The notes under the pieces: generated by a model | Seen by the model: the letters and a program-made list of their open reading frames with translations, nothing else | What the model was told of the DNA's origin: nothing | The model's database searches: none | Shown here: piece by piece, positions 9,596 through 17,617 of the stretch | Layout of the letters: every line of letters starts with the position of its first letter | Position numbering within the stretch: the first letter of the stretch is position 1 | UHGV virus genome: UHGV-0240317 | Source of the DNA: a virus | DNA: 64,000 nt | Direction: 5' to 3' (one strand) | Program-made: the position numbers and the translations under genes

Positions 9596-10126
9596 TTACC
9601 GACTTTTAATTGTCTCGTCAATATCTTTTTCAATGTCTTTTAAAGTTTTTTCTAAGTTCTTGATATTAAAGGTTAAACCTTCACCAAGAGTCTTAGAGTA
9701 ACCACTAGGACGTAAATTATACAGCTTAATTTCTTCCACTTTAAAGAGGCTAACTAACTCACCGTTTACATCATAAGCCATTGAAACAGTATTTGCAGGT
9801 GCATTGTAAAACTTGTTTAGTGACTTGATAGAACGTTCATAAGCCATTTTATAACCGTTTAAAAGGTTTTTAACGTGGTTGTGAACGTTTTTACACTCAT
9901 CTAGATAAATCTCTAAGAATAACGGTAATAATTCCGCTACAGCTTGCATAAAGTGAGAGGCTACAACGGTAGAAACATTACGACGATGAACGTAATAAGC
10001 CCCGTTTTCTGATTTAGTGATGGTTGCAAAGTGTACACCATTGCAACGAAATTCATAGGTATCTTTAACAGGCTTTGACATGACATGAATTGAACGGATG
10101 TAGTTGATAGCTTTGAACTTGTTCAT
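9596..10126 (-). CDS. hypothetical protein
   Basis: ORF; class A element upstream. Confidence 0.6.
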   Translation of the reverse strand: MNKFKAINYIRSIHVMSKPVKDTYEFRCNGVHFATITKSENGAYYVHRRNVSTVVASHFMQAVAELLPLFLEIYLDECKNVHNHVKNLLNGYKMAYERSIKSLNKFYNAPANTVSMAYDVNGELVSLFKVEEIKLYNLRPSGYSKTLGEGLTFNIKNLEKTLKDIEKDIDETIKSR

Positions 10127-10200
10127 TTTAGAATCTCCTAGTTTAAGGGCTTTGTTTAGTGGGGAAGTTCATTCCCTCCCCGTTGATTAGTAATTTACTT
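10127..10200 (-). repeat. class A conserved inter-genic element
   Basis: same consensus as 9532-9595. Confidence 0.7.
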
Positions 10201-10351
10201 GTTTTGATATCTGATTGCAAGCAATTTTTTAAGTTTATCTATAAAGAATCTTTTAAGTTAATCCCTTTAAGATAAACCCCCCTCGAACAAAGTTACCAAT
10301 GTCAATAGGTATTGTCAACATTTTTTTAAAAGTTTTTTTGTAAGTCATTGA

Positions 10352-10693
10352 TTAACTGATGAATATTTTTTCAGGTTTTACATAGCTGATACGTTGGTTT
10401 TTTAGCAGGTCATCCCATAACAAGGCGGCAATGTGCCCATATCCGGCCTCACGCAGACCCTTCATCGTTTCAACTCGACTCTCAAAACGATTTGCGTAAT
10501 ACTCGCTATTAAGTGTCGTTTTGTTCCCTTCGTTATCTGTATGGATGATTTGCATCACTTGAAAGGGGCTGACATCCTCGCCTTTGTTCCACTGCTCAAA
10601 GTATTTTAGGCACTGCATAGGTGACATCTTATCACTTACTTGAGTTGACCAAGATGAATCTTCTTTATCGGTAATTATAGTTACATAAGCCAT
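10352..10693 (-). CDS. hypothetical protein
   Basis: ORF; class A element upstream. Confidence 0.6.
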   Translation of the reverse strand: MAYVTIITDKEDSSWSTQVSDKMSPMQCLKYFEQWNKGEDVSPFQVMQIIHTDNEGNKTTLNSEYYANRFESRVETMKGLREAGYGHIAALLWDDLLKNQRISYVKPEKIFIS

Positions 10694-10765
10694 TTTAGAA
10701 TCTCCTAGTTTAAGGACTTTATTTAGTGGGGAAGGTCATTCCCTCCCCGTTGATTGACAATTTAC
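10694..10765 (-). repeat. class A conserved inter-genic element
   Basis: same consensus. Confidence 0.7.
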
Positions 10766-10784
10766 AGACTTTTATCAGGCTTGT

Positions 10785-11018
10785 CTAGTCTTTTTCAATG
10801 ATAATTTCATATTGACCATCGACACTGTCAAAATAGACGCCGTCTTCATCTTCTGTCTTAAAGTAGCATTGAATATCATCACTGGCGGGATAGTCTTGTC
10901 TTGCTATCTGGCAAACTTGAATAGCATTTTCTTTACTTCCTGTGAACTCCTCAAGCCCTTTAAAATCACATGAATGGCCATTACAAATTGAGAGGATGAG
11001 ATAAACGGTTGTTAGCAT
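10785..11018 (-). CDS. hypothetical small cysteine-rich protein with hydrophobic N-terminus
   Basis: ORF; GCCCCTTGTAGGGGC hairpin just upstream. Confidence 0.5.
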   Translation of the reverse strand: MLTTVYLILSICNGHSCDFKGLEEFTGSKENAIQVCQIARQDYPASDDIQCYFKTEDEDGVYFDSVDGQYEIIIEKD

Positions 11019-11084
11019 GATTTAAGCCCTCTAAAAGCCCCTACAAGGGGCTGATTAGTGTTTATAAGGTGATTGCATAGGTTT

Positions 11085-11627
11085 TTAGAAAAAGCTCTTT
11101 AAATCCTCTTCTGCAATGTTTCCTGTCAGTGTATCCATGATGTCACAAAAAACCTGAATACTGTCGGACTGTTGAACACTTTTAGCAAGAAGCTCCAGAG
11201 ACTCATCAAGATAGTTTAAATTTGGATTATCCAATGAAGGAAGACAAAAAGGTGAATACATAGCGTTAAACTCTGTTGTATAGACCTTTTTAATCCAATT
11301 TACATCAAAGTACTCTGTAAAACTTGCTACACTCGACATATTATCACAAGAATAATCATCGTTTAGCTCATCCTCTGGAATATCGAGTTCTAAGATAACA
11401 ATATTTTGAGTCTTCATCTGAAAAGCTGCGGTGATAGTGGCATTGCCTAGAGCCTGCTGGATACCTTCAGAGATTATCTCTTCCTCATCGTCGCCATAGA
11501 TTTTATTTTCTGGGTACACGTAAAAATTGCCGTCCATATCCGAACAATTCCATGCGCCAGATGGTTTATCACCGTTATTAATCAGGTTGAGGAAATTTTC
11601 TTGAGTAGTACCGTGAAAGCATTTCAT
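11085..11627 (-). CDS. hypothetical protein (acidic)
   Basis: ORF; class B element upstream. Confidence 0.6.
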   Translation of the reverse strand: MKCFHGTTQENFLNLINNGDKPSGAWNCSDMDGNFYVYPENKIYGDDEEEIISEGIQQALGNATITAAFQMKTQNIVILELDIPEDELNDDYSCDNMSSVASFTEYFDVNWIKKVYTTEFNAMYSPFCLPSLDNPNLNYLDESLELLAKSVQQSDSIQVFCDIMDTLTGNIAEEDLKSFF

Positions 11628-11712
11628 TTTTGAATCTCCAGTTTAGGATTTAGTGGTAAAGCTCTTTATCTGGGGCTTACTTTATCGAACTGTAAGCCCC
11701 TTGTAAAGTACT
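11628..11712 (-). repeat. class B conserved inter-genic element
   Basis: GAATCTCCAGTTTAGGATTTAGTGGTAAAGCTCTTTATCTGGGGCTTAC...GTAAGCCCCTTGTAAAGTACTTTA with perfect hairpin. Confidence 0.7.
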
Positions 11713-11916
11713 TTATTTGTTATTTTTTACAACTTTTAAAACCGCACGATAACCTAAGCAATAGGAATCACCGAAGAGCGACCGGCCCATGAAGGAGTCC
11801 TCTGTAATATCTTTCGCCGTGACGGTTTTTTCTACGCCGTGAAATAGGACTACATCACCAACTTTAATATCTTTGATGTGCGTTGTTTCAATGGTTAAAC
11901 CGTTAATAATAGCCAT
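11713..11916 (-). CDS. hypothetical protein
   Basis: ORF; class A element upstream. Confidence 0.55.
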   Translation of the reverse strand: MAIINGLTIETTHIKDIKVGDVVLFHGVEKTVTAKDITEDSFMGRSLFGDSYCLGYRAVLKVVKNNK

Positions 11917-12015
11917 TTTTGAATCTCCTAGTTTAAGGGTTTTATTTAGTGGGGAGGTTATCGCCCCCGTTGATGTGTAATTTAATCTATCTAAAAACCA
12001 GTGTCAACAAAATTT
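11917..12015 (-). repeat. class A conserved inter-genic element (long variant)
   Basis: shares a 41 bp tail GTTGATGTGTAATTTAATCTATCTAAAAACCAGTGTCAACA with the copy at 12780-12867. Confidence 0.7.
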
Positions 12016-12420
12016 TTAGAGTTCTGCATAAATTGCATCGCAGATACCACGAAAATCATGATTTGTCAAATTACGTTGTAACCAAGTGGCGAAAAAGTCA
12101 GCTATTGCAAAGTTAGCGTAATACTCGACAGATAGCCACACTTTAACAGCAAACCGAAACATTTTCAAATCAAGCTCTTTATTCATTACCTTAGATTTGC
12201 CTAACATGTCAGCCATTTCATATTGTGCACCGTCTAGCGTGATACCTGCTGCAACGTCAATCAATGAGATTTTCACATTTTCAACGTCTAAGATAACACT
12301 TTGAATCTTCCCGATAATGTTGTGCAATGTTTCATCAGGCGCTGATGATGTCAGAACATTAATCCTGTTGACGGTCAAACGTGCTTTTAAAATTGATAAT
12401 TCACGGTTATTAATAGCCAT
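12016..12420 (-). CDS. hypothetical protein
   Basis: ATG at 12420 (MAINN...) with GGAGAA RBS; track ORF starts at an upstream TTG. Confidence 0.55.
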   Translation of the reverse strand: MAINNRELSILKARLTVNRINVLTSSAPDETLHNIIGKIQSVILDVENVKISLIDVAAGITLDGAQYEMADMLGKSKVMNKELDLKMFRFAVKVWLSVEYYANFAIADFFATWLQRNLTNHDFRGICDAIYAEL

Positions 12421-12506
12421 TTTTAAGTTCTCCAATTTAGGATTGAGTAGTAAAGCTCTTTATCTGGGGCTTACTCTATCGAACTGTAAGCCCCTTGTAA
12501 AGTACT
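12421..12506 (-). repeat. class B conserved inter-genic element
   Basis: same consensus and hairpin as 11628-11712. Confidence 0.7.
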
Positions 12507-12779
12507 TTACATTAAATGCAGTTTTTTGCCTTTTACTATAATGTAACTCGATGCGCTATTGCTTTGCACATCCTGATAAATTCTGCGCAAACGTCCTTCG
12601 TAGTATACTTTCCAACTGGTTGGAATCTTTTTCCCGTATCCTGTAGCAGTTTTTTGGAGTCCTGCAACTTGCCAATCTAAGATATGAGTTTCAGCCTGTA
12701 AATCCTCAAAGTGCATGACACCATCTACATAGTGACGTAGTGTGACATTTAAAGTACGACCGTTGTTAGTAGTATACAT
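12507..12779 (-). CDS. hypothetical protein
   Basis: ORF; class A element upstream. Confidence 0.55.
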   Translation of the reverse strand: MYTTNNGRTLNVTLRHYVDGVMHFEDLQAETHILDWQVAGLQKTATGYGKKIPTSWKVYYEGRLRRIYQDVQSNSASSYIIVKGKKLHLM

Positions 12780-12867
12780 TTTGGAATCTCCAGTTTAGGA
12801 CTTTATTTAGTGGGGAAGGTCATTCCCTCCCCGTTGATGTGTAATTTAATCTATCTAAAAACCAGTG
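12780..12867 (-). repeat. class A conserved inter-genic element (long variant)
   Basis: same consensus; shared 41 bp tail. Confidence 0.7.
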
Positions 12868-13200
12868 TCAACAGTTTTGTTTTCGTTTGCTCAATTCTTG
12901 AACAATTACAGCGTAGTAGTCTTTTAAGTCACTGACATTTAAAGCATTTATCAGAGAATTATAATCATCAACTAACTGAAAATCATCTTTGAAGATGTCA
13001 CTTATCTGATAGGTTTTCGCTTTGTATCTGAAGCTCATCTCTAGCCGCTTTATTTGCTCATCACTTAAACGCTCCAGAAAGCTCCCTACAAGGTTATTGC
13101 TAACCTGTTGTGTGATTGCCTTACTTGCCAGATTATAGGCGCTATAAGCCTTATAGAGCGCCAGAATAGCGATGATTGCAGTTATGCCCATCATTAACAT
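12868..13200 (-). CDS. hypothetical membrane protein
   Basis: N-terminal hydrophobic helix MLMMGITAIIAILALY. Confidence 0.55.
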   Translation of the reverse strand: MLMMGITAIIAILALYKAYSAYNLASKAITQQVSNNLVGSFLERLSDEQIKRLEMSFRYKAKTYQISDIFKDDFQLVDDYNSLINALNVSDLKDYYAVIVQELSKRKQNC

Positions 13201-13490
13201 GGTGCTTCCTCTTTACGTGACACTTTGCCATTTACAGTTATCTCATAAGAATCTAGTAAATCGCTTTTAGATTTGACAGGATTTTTAAGAGTATCATCAT
13301 AGATATTAACTTGCAATACAGGTTTTTTATACTCCCTGCAACTATTCCATAAGCAAATCACTACACGACGACCTTTTATTTTGCCGTGTAACCATTCCAT
13401 AACATCATGGCTGTTTCTTGATGTTTCAATGAAATCAATTTTGTTGAGTAATTTGCTTAGATTTTCACGCACTTGATTTGATAATTTCAT
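13194..13490 (-). CDS. hypothetical protein
   Basis: ORF; hybrid A/B element upstream. Confidence 0.55.
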   Translation of the reverse strand: MKLSNQVRENLSKLLNKIDFIETSRNSHDVMEWLHGKIKGRRVVICLWNSCREYKKPVLQVNIYDDTLKNPVKSKSDLLDSYEITVNGKVSRKEEAPC

Positions 13491-13582
13491 TTTAGAATCT
13501 CCTAGTTTAAGGGCTTTATTTGATAAATCTCTTTATCTGGGGCTATCCTACCAGCTTGATAACCCCGTGTAAAGAAATCTGT
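13491..13582 (-). repeat. hybrid class A/B inter-genic element
   Basis: class A 5' part (CTCCTAGTTTAAGGGCTTTATTT) fused to class B-like CTCTTTATCTGGGGCT hairpin. Confidence 0.6.
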
Positions 13583-14095
13583 TTAGTTCTTAAAGATATT
13601 CATCACTGAATCTTTTAATGCTTCCAAGCGTTCTAATACTTCAGTTTCTGCGTCTGAATTGTTCACCTCTTCTTTTAGTCTATCCTCTAAATCATCGCCG
13701 TCACTATAGCACCAATCAAAGGCATATCCTAGATAAAAACTCTCTAAAACCGTGTTGCCATTTGCATCGATAACTTTCGCGGCAAGGTTGTATTCTGAAG
13801 CCTCTAAATCTCTTTCTAGTTCTTTCTGTAAGCTGGTGTAAGCCTCTTTTGATGGGTTTTCCCGGCCTTGTTTTGCATAGTCACTAGAAAGCTGTTTAAG
13901 GTTATAATTTAAAGGGATTGCATATTTAAAATCGTTACGCTGACAGTTAGGGTTTTTAATAGTCACGCCGCCTTGATGGTCATCTGTAAACTTCCAATTA
14001 TCAAGATTATGGCTTGCTTCGTAGCAATTAACAGCTTCATAAATAATGGTGAATTTTTCTTTTACAACTTCAAAGGTAGCGTCTACAGTTTTCAT
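13583..14095 (-). CDS. hypothetical protein
   Basis: ORF; class B element upstream. Confidence 0.6.
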   Translation of the reverse strand: MKTVDATFEVVKEKFTIIYEAVNCYEASHNLDNWKFTDDHQGGVTIKNPNCQRNDFKYAIPLNYNLKQLSSDYAKQGRENPSKEAYTSLQKELERDLEASEYNLAAKVIDANGNTVLESFYLGYAFDWCYSDGDDLEDRLKEEVNNSDAETEVLERLEALKDSVMNIFKN

Positions 14096-14180
14096 TTTGG
14101 AATCTCCAGTTTAGGATTTAGTGGTAAAGCTCTTTATCTGGGGCTTAAGATATCAGCTTTTAAGCCCCTTGTAAAGTACT
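14096..14180 (-). repeat. class B conserved inter-genic element
   Basis: GGGGCTTAA-gatatcagctt-TTAAGCCCC hairpin plus conserved leader. Confidence 0.7.
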
Positions 14181-14474
14181 TTATTTGTTAATTTTTAGCT
14201 TTGCATAACTTCTCATTGTACGAATGAAGGATGTTAATGCTACGCGTCTAATATATGCCTTTTTCGTGTATACATTTGTCTTCCCGATAGTGTTTACACA
14301 TGTAAAAAGGTTTATCAGTGAATTTTTTAACTTCAACTGTTTATCAACCTTCACGCCCCACCTTACAGCAGTTTGTTTTCCGTTGTCAACCACTTTCCCG
14401 CCTAACTTTTTCGCCATGATGCGAGCGTCATCACGAGTTTTTGCAGGAATTACAACGTTTTTGATAATAGCCAT
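14181..14474 (-). CDS. hypothetical basic protein
   Basis: ATG at 14474 (MAIIKN...) with GGAGAA RBS. Confidence 0.55.
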   Translation of the reverse strand: MAIIKNVVIPAKTRDDARIMAKKLGGKVVDNGKQTAVRWGVKVDKQLKLKNSLINLFTCVNTIGKTNVYTKKAYIRRVALTSFIRTMRSYAKLKINK

Positions 14475-14562
14475 TTTTAAGTTCTCCAATTTAGGATTGA
14501 GTGATAAAGCTCTTTATCTGGGGCTTAAGATATCAGCTTTTAAGCCCCCTGTAAAGTACTTT
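14475..14562 (-). repeat. class B conserved inter-genic element
   Basis: near-identical to 14096-14180. Confidence 0.7.
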
Positions 14563-14769
14563 TTATTTATCGTAGTAGTAAATTGCTGTCTGTCTTGTAA
14601 ACTTCTTAGTGTTTATTGTAAGGTAGCAATTAGAATTAATAGCCGTTTCTACATAGTTGCAATAGTCAGTTTCTGAAATTCTACGCCATGCGCCGCACAC
14701 TTGCATGTAAAAACGTTTTACATTTGTATTAACGTTGGTTGTAACCATCAATTCACGACTGTAAAGCAT
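14563..14769 (-). CDS. hypothetical protein (first gene of the cluster)
   Basis: ORF preceded by conserved leader CCCACTTCCTAAACTGGAGAATCAAAA and the promoter below. Confidence 0.55.
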   Translation of the reverse strand: MLYSRELMVTTNVNTNVKRFYMQVCGAWRRISETDYCNYVETAINSNCYLTINTKKFTRQTAIYYYDK

Positions 14770-14809
14770 TTTTGATTCTCCAGTTTAGGAAGTGGGCTTG
14801 ATTGCCCGT

Positions 14810-14838
14810 CTGATGCAAATATTAGATAACCATACTCA
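14810..14838 (-). promoter_or_regulatory. sigma70-like promoter for the small-gene cluster
   Basis: minus strand TTGACT - 17 nt - TAATAT with AT-rich upstream region; ~35 nt before the ATG at 14769. Confidence 0.65.
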
Positions 14839-14984
14839 AAGAGTCAATAGGAATTTTAAAAATATTTTTGCAAAAATTGTAATGAAACGGGTGCGCGCGA
14901 CTACCACAAAACAGAACTACAATCAAGAATTATTTTTCAATCCGCTACAAATTTTTCTGTTGACTTTTATTTCCAGATGTGGTA

Positions 14985-15240
14985 GCCTTGTGAGAAATGG
15001 CGACATCCCCACCTGTACCCACCTACCTGCACAATTCTAAAATGATTTTTCTTGCCCGACCTGAGCGGGGTCTGCACGTTTTGAAAATGAAAAAGCTCTT
15101 TGGAGATTACCTGCACAGTTTGAAAATGAATTTTCTCTTTGGAGTTCAAAACTTTCTCTATAGATTTCTCTACAGAACTCTACCTGCACAATCCTGAAAT
15201 GAAAAAGCCCTCCTTACCTGAAAAATTTACCAGATAAGAA
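14985..15240. repeat. four copies of a ~38 bp direct repeat
   Basis: ACCTGCACA(A/G)TT(C/T)TGAAAATGA(A/T)TTTT..CTTTGGAG repeated; no credible ORF. Confidence 0.6.
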
Positions 15241-15275
15241 AGGCTTAGTCTATTGTGAATATCTTACAGAGTTTC

Positions 15276-16061
15276 TTAGTTCTTTGCGTCTAAGAAGGTA
15301 ACTTCTGATGATGAGAAAATTTCTTCGATATCCTCATCAGTTCTTGCATAGATGTAGGTGTCTGCATCGTTACCAAATGTCACGGCAATTCTATGATTGC
15401 TCTTCGACAGGTGGGTAACTAGAGCGTTACTTAGAGACATCTTTTCAACCGGAGGGTTACTTTGATGTATCTTACCTTTTCTTCGTCTGAAGAGGGTAAC
15501 TTCATTATCTGCGAACACTGCTACACCTGCAAAGTATTCTGGTTCACAGTAGTTCTTCCAACCTGAGCGTAACTTATGGTACATCTCTCCTTCGTAGACA
15601 TATAGATAAACATCTACACTCTTCATTGCCTGATTGATAATAACTGTGACAGCTTGAGGGTCAAGTCCACCAATACCTGCACCAATCATAGGTAAACCAA
15701 CTTTCTTCAACTGATTAACTTCACAGTATCTGTTAAGCTGTTTCAAAGATGACTCTAAAGCACTGTATCGGGCATCTTTACCAGTCTTAAGCTGAGTGTA
15801 AAGGTTAGCTATACGACCTTGTTTTAAACGTGCTACAGAGAAATTACCCAGTAAATTTTCACAGGGTTTGTGTCCTATACCACCTGCATATAGATAAACT
15901 TCTGTATCGGTCTCATATGCTTTTGGGTAAAGTTTAGAAATCTTGTCAGCGATACCTGCACCCATTAAATTCATACAGTTGCAACCGTGACCGATGATGT
16001 CAAACTTACCTTTATCAAATGCGGCAAAGATATCACCATTGATTATTTTTACAATACCCAT
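15276..16061 (-). CDS. macrodomain protein (TARG1/DarG-like) with unknown C-terminal domain
   Basis: NGDIF..DIIGHGCNCMNLMGAGIA and GLPMIGAGIGGLD match TARG1-type macrodomain motifs as recalled. Confidence 0.7.
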   Translation of the reverse strand: MGIVKIINGDIFAAFDKGKFDIIGHGCNCMNLMGAGIADKISKLYPKAYETDTEVYLYAGGIGHKPCENLLGNFSVARLKQGRIANLYTQLKTGKDARYSALESSLKQLNRYCEVNQLKKVGLPMIGAGIGGLDPQAVTVIINQAMKSVDVYLYVYEGEMYHKLRSGWKNYCEPEYFAGVAVFADNEVTLFRRRKGKIHQSNPPVEKMSLSNALVTHLSKSNHRIAVTFGNDADTYIYARTDEDIEEIFSSSEVTFLDAKN

Positions 16062-16262
16062 TTAACATCTCTCCCAAGACTCTTTATCTTCTGAAGGTTT
16101 TACACGCTGTCCTTCGTGGTCTACCCAGATACATCCACAACCTTCACAGATTACTGGCATTGCGTAGCCAGCTTTAAAGTCATCCTCAGTGATAAGACCT
16201 TTTAAGTCACCTGTATCACGTCCAAACATTTCTATAGAACAGTCTTTGCAGAAGTCAGCCAT
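16062..16262 (-). CDS. hypothetical zinc-ribbon protein
   Basis: CKDC...CEGCGC cysteine pairs; start taken at MADFCKDC. Confidence 0.45.
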   Translation of the reverse strand: MADFCKDCSIEMFGRDTGDLKGLITEDDFKAGYAMPVICEGCGCIWVDHEGQRVKPSEDKESWERC

Positions 16263-16482
16263 TGATAATTGCCTCTTGAATGATGATACCTTTACCACAA
16301 CGGCTTTTAAAGTCTTCCAATGGTTGGGAGATGAAGCCACGCAAGCAATCACTAAATACTAAGTTTTTCCTGTAGGCTATCACATCGTTTGCTGTAAACG
16401 GGATGACTTCATTTCTTCCAATGAATACTGCTGACCGGATGAGTTTCCGTGTCTTTTTATCTCTGGCTAGAATTACTCTCAT
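16255..16482 (-). CDS. hypothetical protein
   Basis: ORF track. Confidence 0.5.
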   Translation of the reverse strand: MRVILARDKKTRKLIRSAVFIGRNEVIPFTANDVIAYRKNLVFSDCLRGFISQPLEDFKSRCGKGIIIQEAIING

Positions 16483-16783
16483 AATTTACCTTCTCAGTTA
16501 GCTCATATAAATCAACATGCTCAATACTATCAATGTTGATATCAATCTTTTTGAAGCGTTCTATCACTTCATTGTCAGTCATCCATATCAGACACCAATG
16601 ATTCTGGATGGATTCTTCAAGAAGTTCAACACAATCTTTAAAAGTTTTTGTATCACTTCTTGTGCCTACTACTGCGATTGTTCCATATAGCCACTTACCA
16701 TTGCCATAAGATACTTGTGCTACGCCAACTTCTTTACCTTTCTCGTAGTAAACGGCTACAAAGTCTCTTCCATTAATCTGCAT
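16457..16783 (-). CDS. hypothetical protein
   Basis: ORF track. Confidence 0.55.
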   Translation of the reverse strand: MQINGRDFVAVYYEKGKEVGVAQVSYGNGKWLYGTIAVVGTRSDTKTFKDCVELLEESIQNHWCLIWMTDNEVIERFKKIDINIDSIEHVDLYELTEKVNYESNSSQR

Positions 16784-16785
16784 AG

Positions 16786-17058
16786 TTACTTCCTCGTTTT
16801 GAGAACTGCTAAGATTTCTTTAGAGTCTGGTAAGAACCATGTGTAGTGATTCTCTTTGATTTCTGGATGAGTGTCAACCTTTATTTTGCACTCTTTACCA
16901 ACATGCTTAAGCTGTGCTGTGATACCTTGCATAAAGATGTGACACATTACATTATCCATAATCGTAGGTAAGAAATCAATCCTCATGTAAGTATCTTTCG
17001 GTCTCGGTAGAAGTAAGTAACCTTCTGTGTAGAAAGTTTCATCATTACTTTGTGTCAT
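16786..17058 (-). CDS. hypothetical protein
   Basis: ORF track. Confidence 0.55.
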   Translation of the reverse strand: MTQSNDETFYTEGYLLLPRPKDTYMRIDFLPTIMDNVMCHIFMQGITAQLKHVGKECKIKVDTHPEIKENHYTWFLPDSKEILAVLKTRK

Positions 17059-17324
17059 TACTGCTTATTCCCTAATAAAATCATATCAATAAGGTTATTA
17101 GCTTTGATTGTGCACTGGTAAAATCCATCACGATAGAACTCAAGGGCTGCTGCCACATCACTACCAGTATTACCTTTGATAGTAAATCTTGAATCTTCTT
17201 GAGTATACTTATCACTCTCACTTACTTGGGAGTTTTTGAATGTACTGTTCACTTTGTTCGTTGAACACCCTGACATAATTATCAGTAACACAAACATTAT
17301 AAAACTCTGGCTTAGTTTTTTCAT
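17058..17324 (-). CDS. putative o-spanin (Rz1-like outer-membrane lipoprotein)
   Basis: signal peptide with lipobox-like MSGC; 5' end overlaps the 3' end of the i-spanin ORF in another frame. Confidence 0.6.
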   Translation of the reverse strand: MKKLSQSFIMFVLLIIMSGCSTNKVNSTFKNSQVSESDKYTQEDSRFTIKGNTGSDVAAALEFYRDGFYQCTIKANNLIDMILLGNKQ

Positions 17325-17565
17325 ACGTTAGTACCTCTTTTGTGTGCTTATTCTTAGCAAGCACATCTTTCAAATCATTTTTGTAATTGGTGCTGAGTGT
17401 GGCTAAACCTTCCTGATAAGCATCTTTGGCAACACTTATTAGTTTCTCATTATTTAGCTCAGTTTCAGCAACTTGGTAGTCTCTGTAAGAGTATCCTCCC
17501 CAGACACCTGTCCCAACTAAGAAAACAATTATGAAAGTAGCTTGACAGAACTCTTTAAATGTCAT
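17218..17565 (-). CDS. putative i-spanin (Rz-like)
   Basis: N-terminal TM helix then predicted coiled-coil; overlapped by lipoprotein ORF. Confidence 0.6.
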   Translation of the reverse strand: MTFKEFCQATFIIVFLVGTGVWGGYSYRDYQVAETELNNEKLISVAKDAYQEGLATLSTNYKNDLKDVLAKNKHTKEVLTYEKTKPEFYNVCVTDNYVRVFNEQSEQYIQKLPSK

Positions 17566-17583
17566 TTAACAATCTCCTGAAAT

Positions 17584-17606
17584 GAAAAAGGCTCCCGAAG
17601 GAGCCT
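17584..17606 (-). terminator. rho-independent terminator
   Basis: GGCTCC-cgaa-GGAGCC with T-run on the minus strand. Confidence 0.65.
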
Positions 17607-17617
17607 GTATCTTAACC

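Noticed and set aside
9560-9600. TTGACA in class A elements as the -35 box of a plus-strand promoter
   Set aside because: No matching -10 hexamer at 16-18 bp spacing, and every flanking gene is on the minus strand; more likely part of a conserved structural or recognition element.
9232-9643. Plus-strand ORFs of 101 aa and 64 aa
   Set aside because: Overlap the minus-strand gene 9283-9531 and a class A element; no RBS; the opposite-strand gene has the conserved leader.
14224-15197. Plus-strand ORFs of 150 aa, 82 aa and 66 aa
   Set aside because: They run through the class B elements and the 38 bp repeats, opposite to all neighbouring genes; their translations are low-complexity read-through of repeats.
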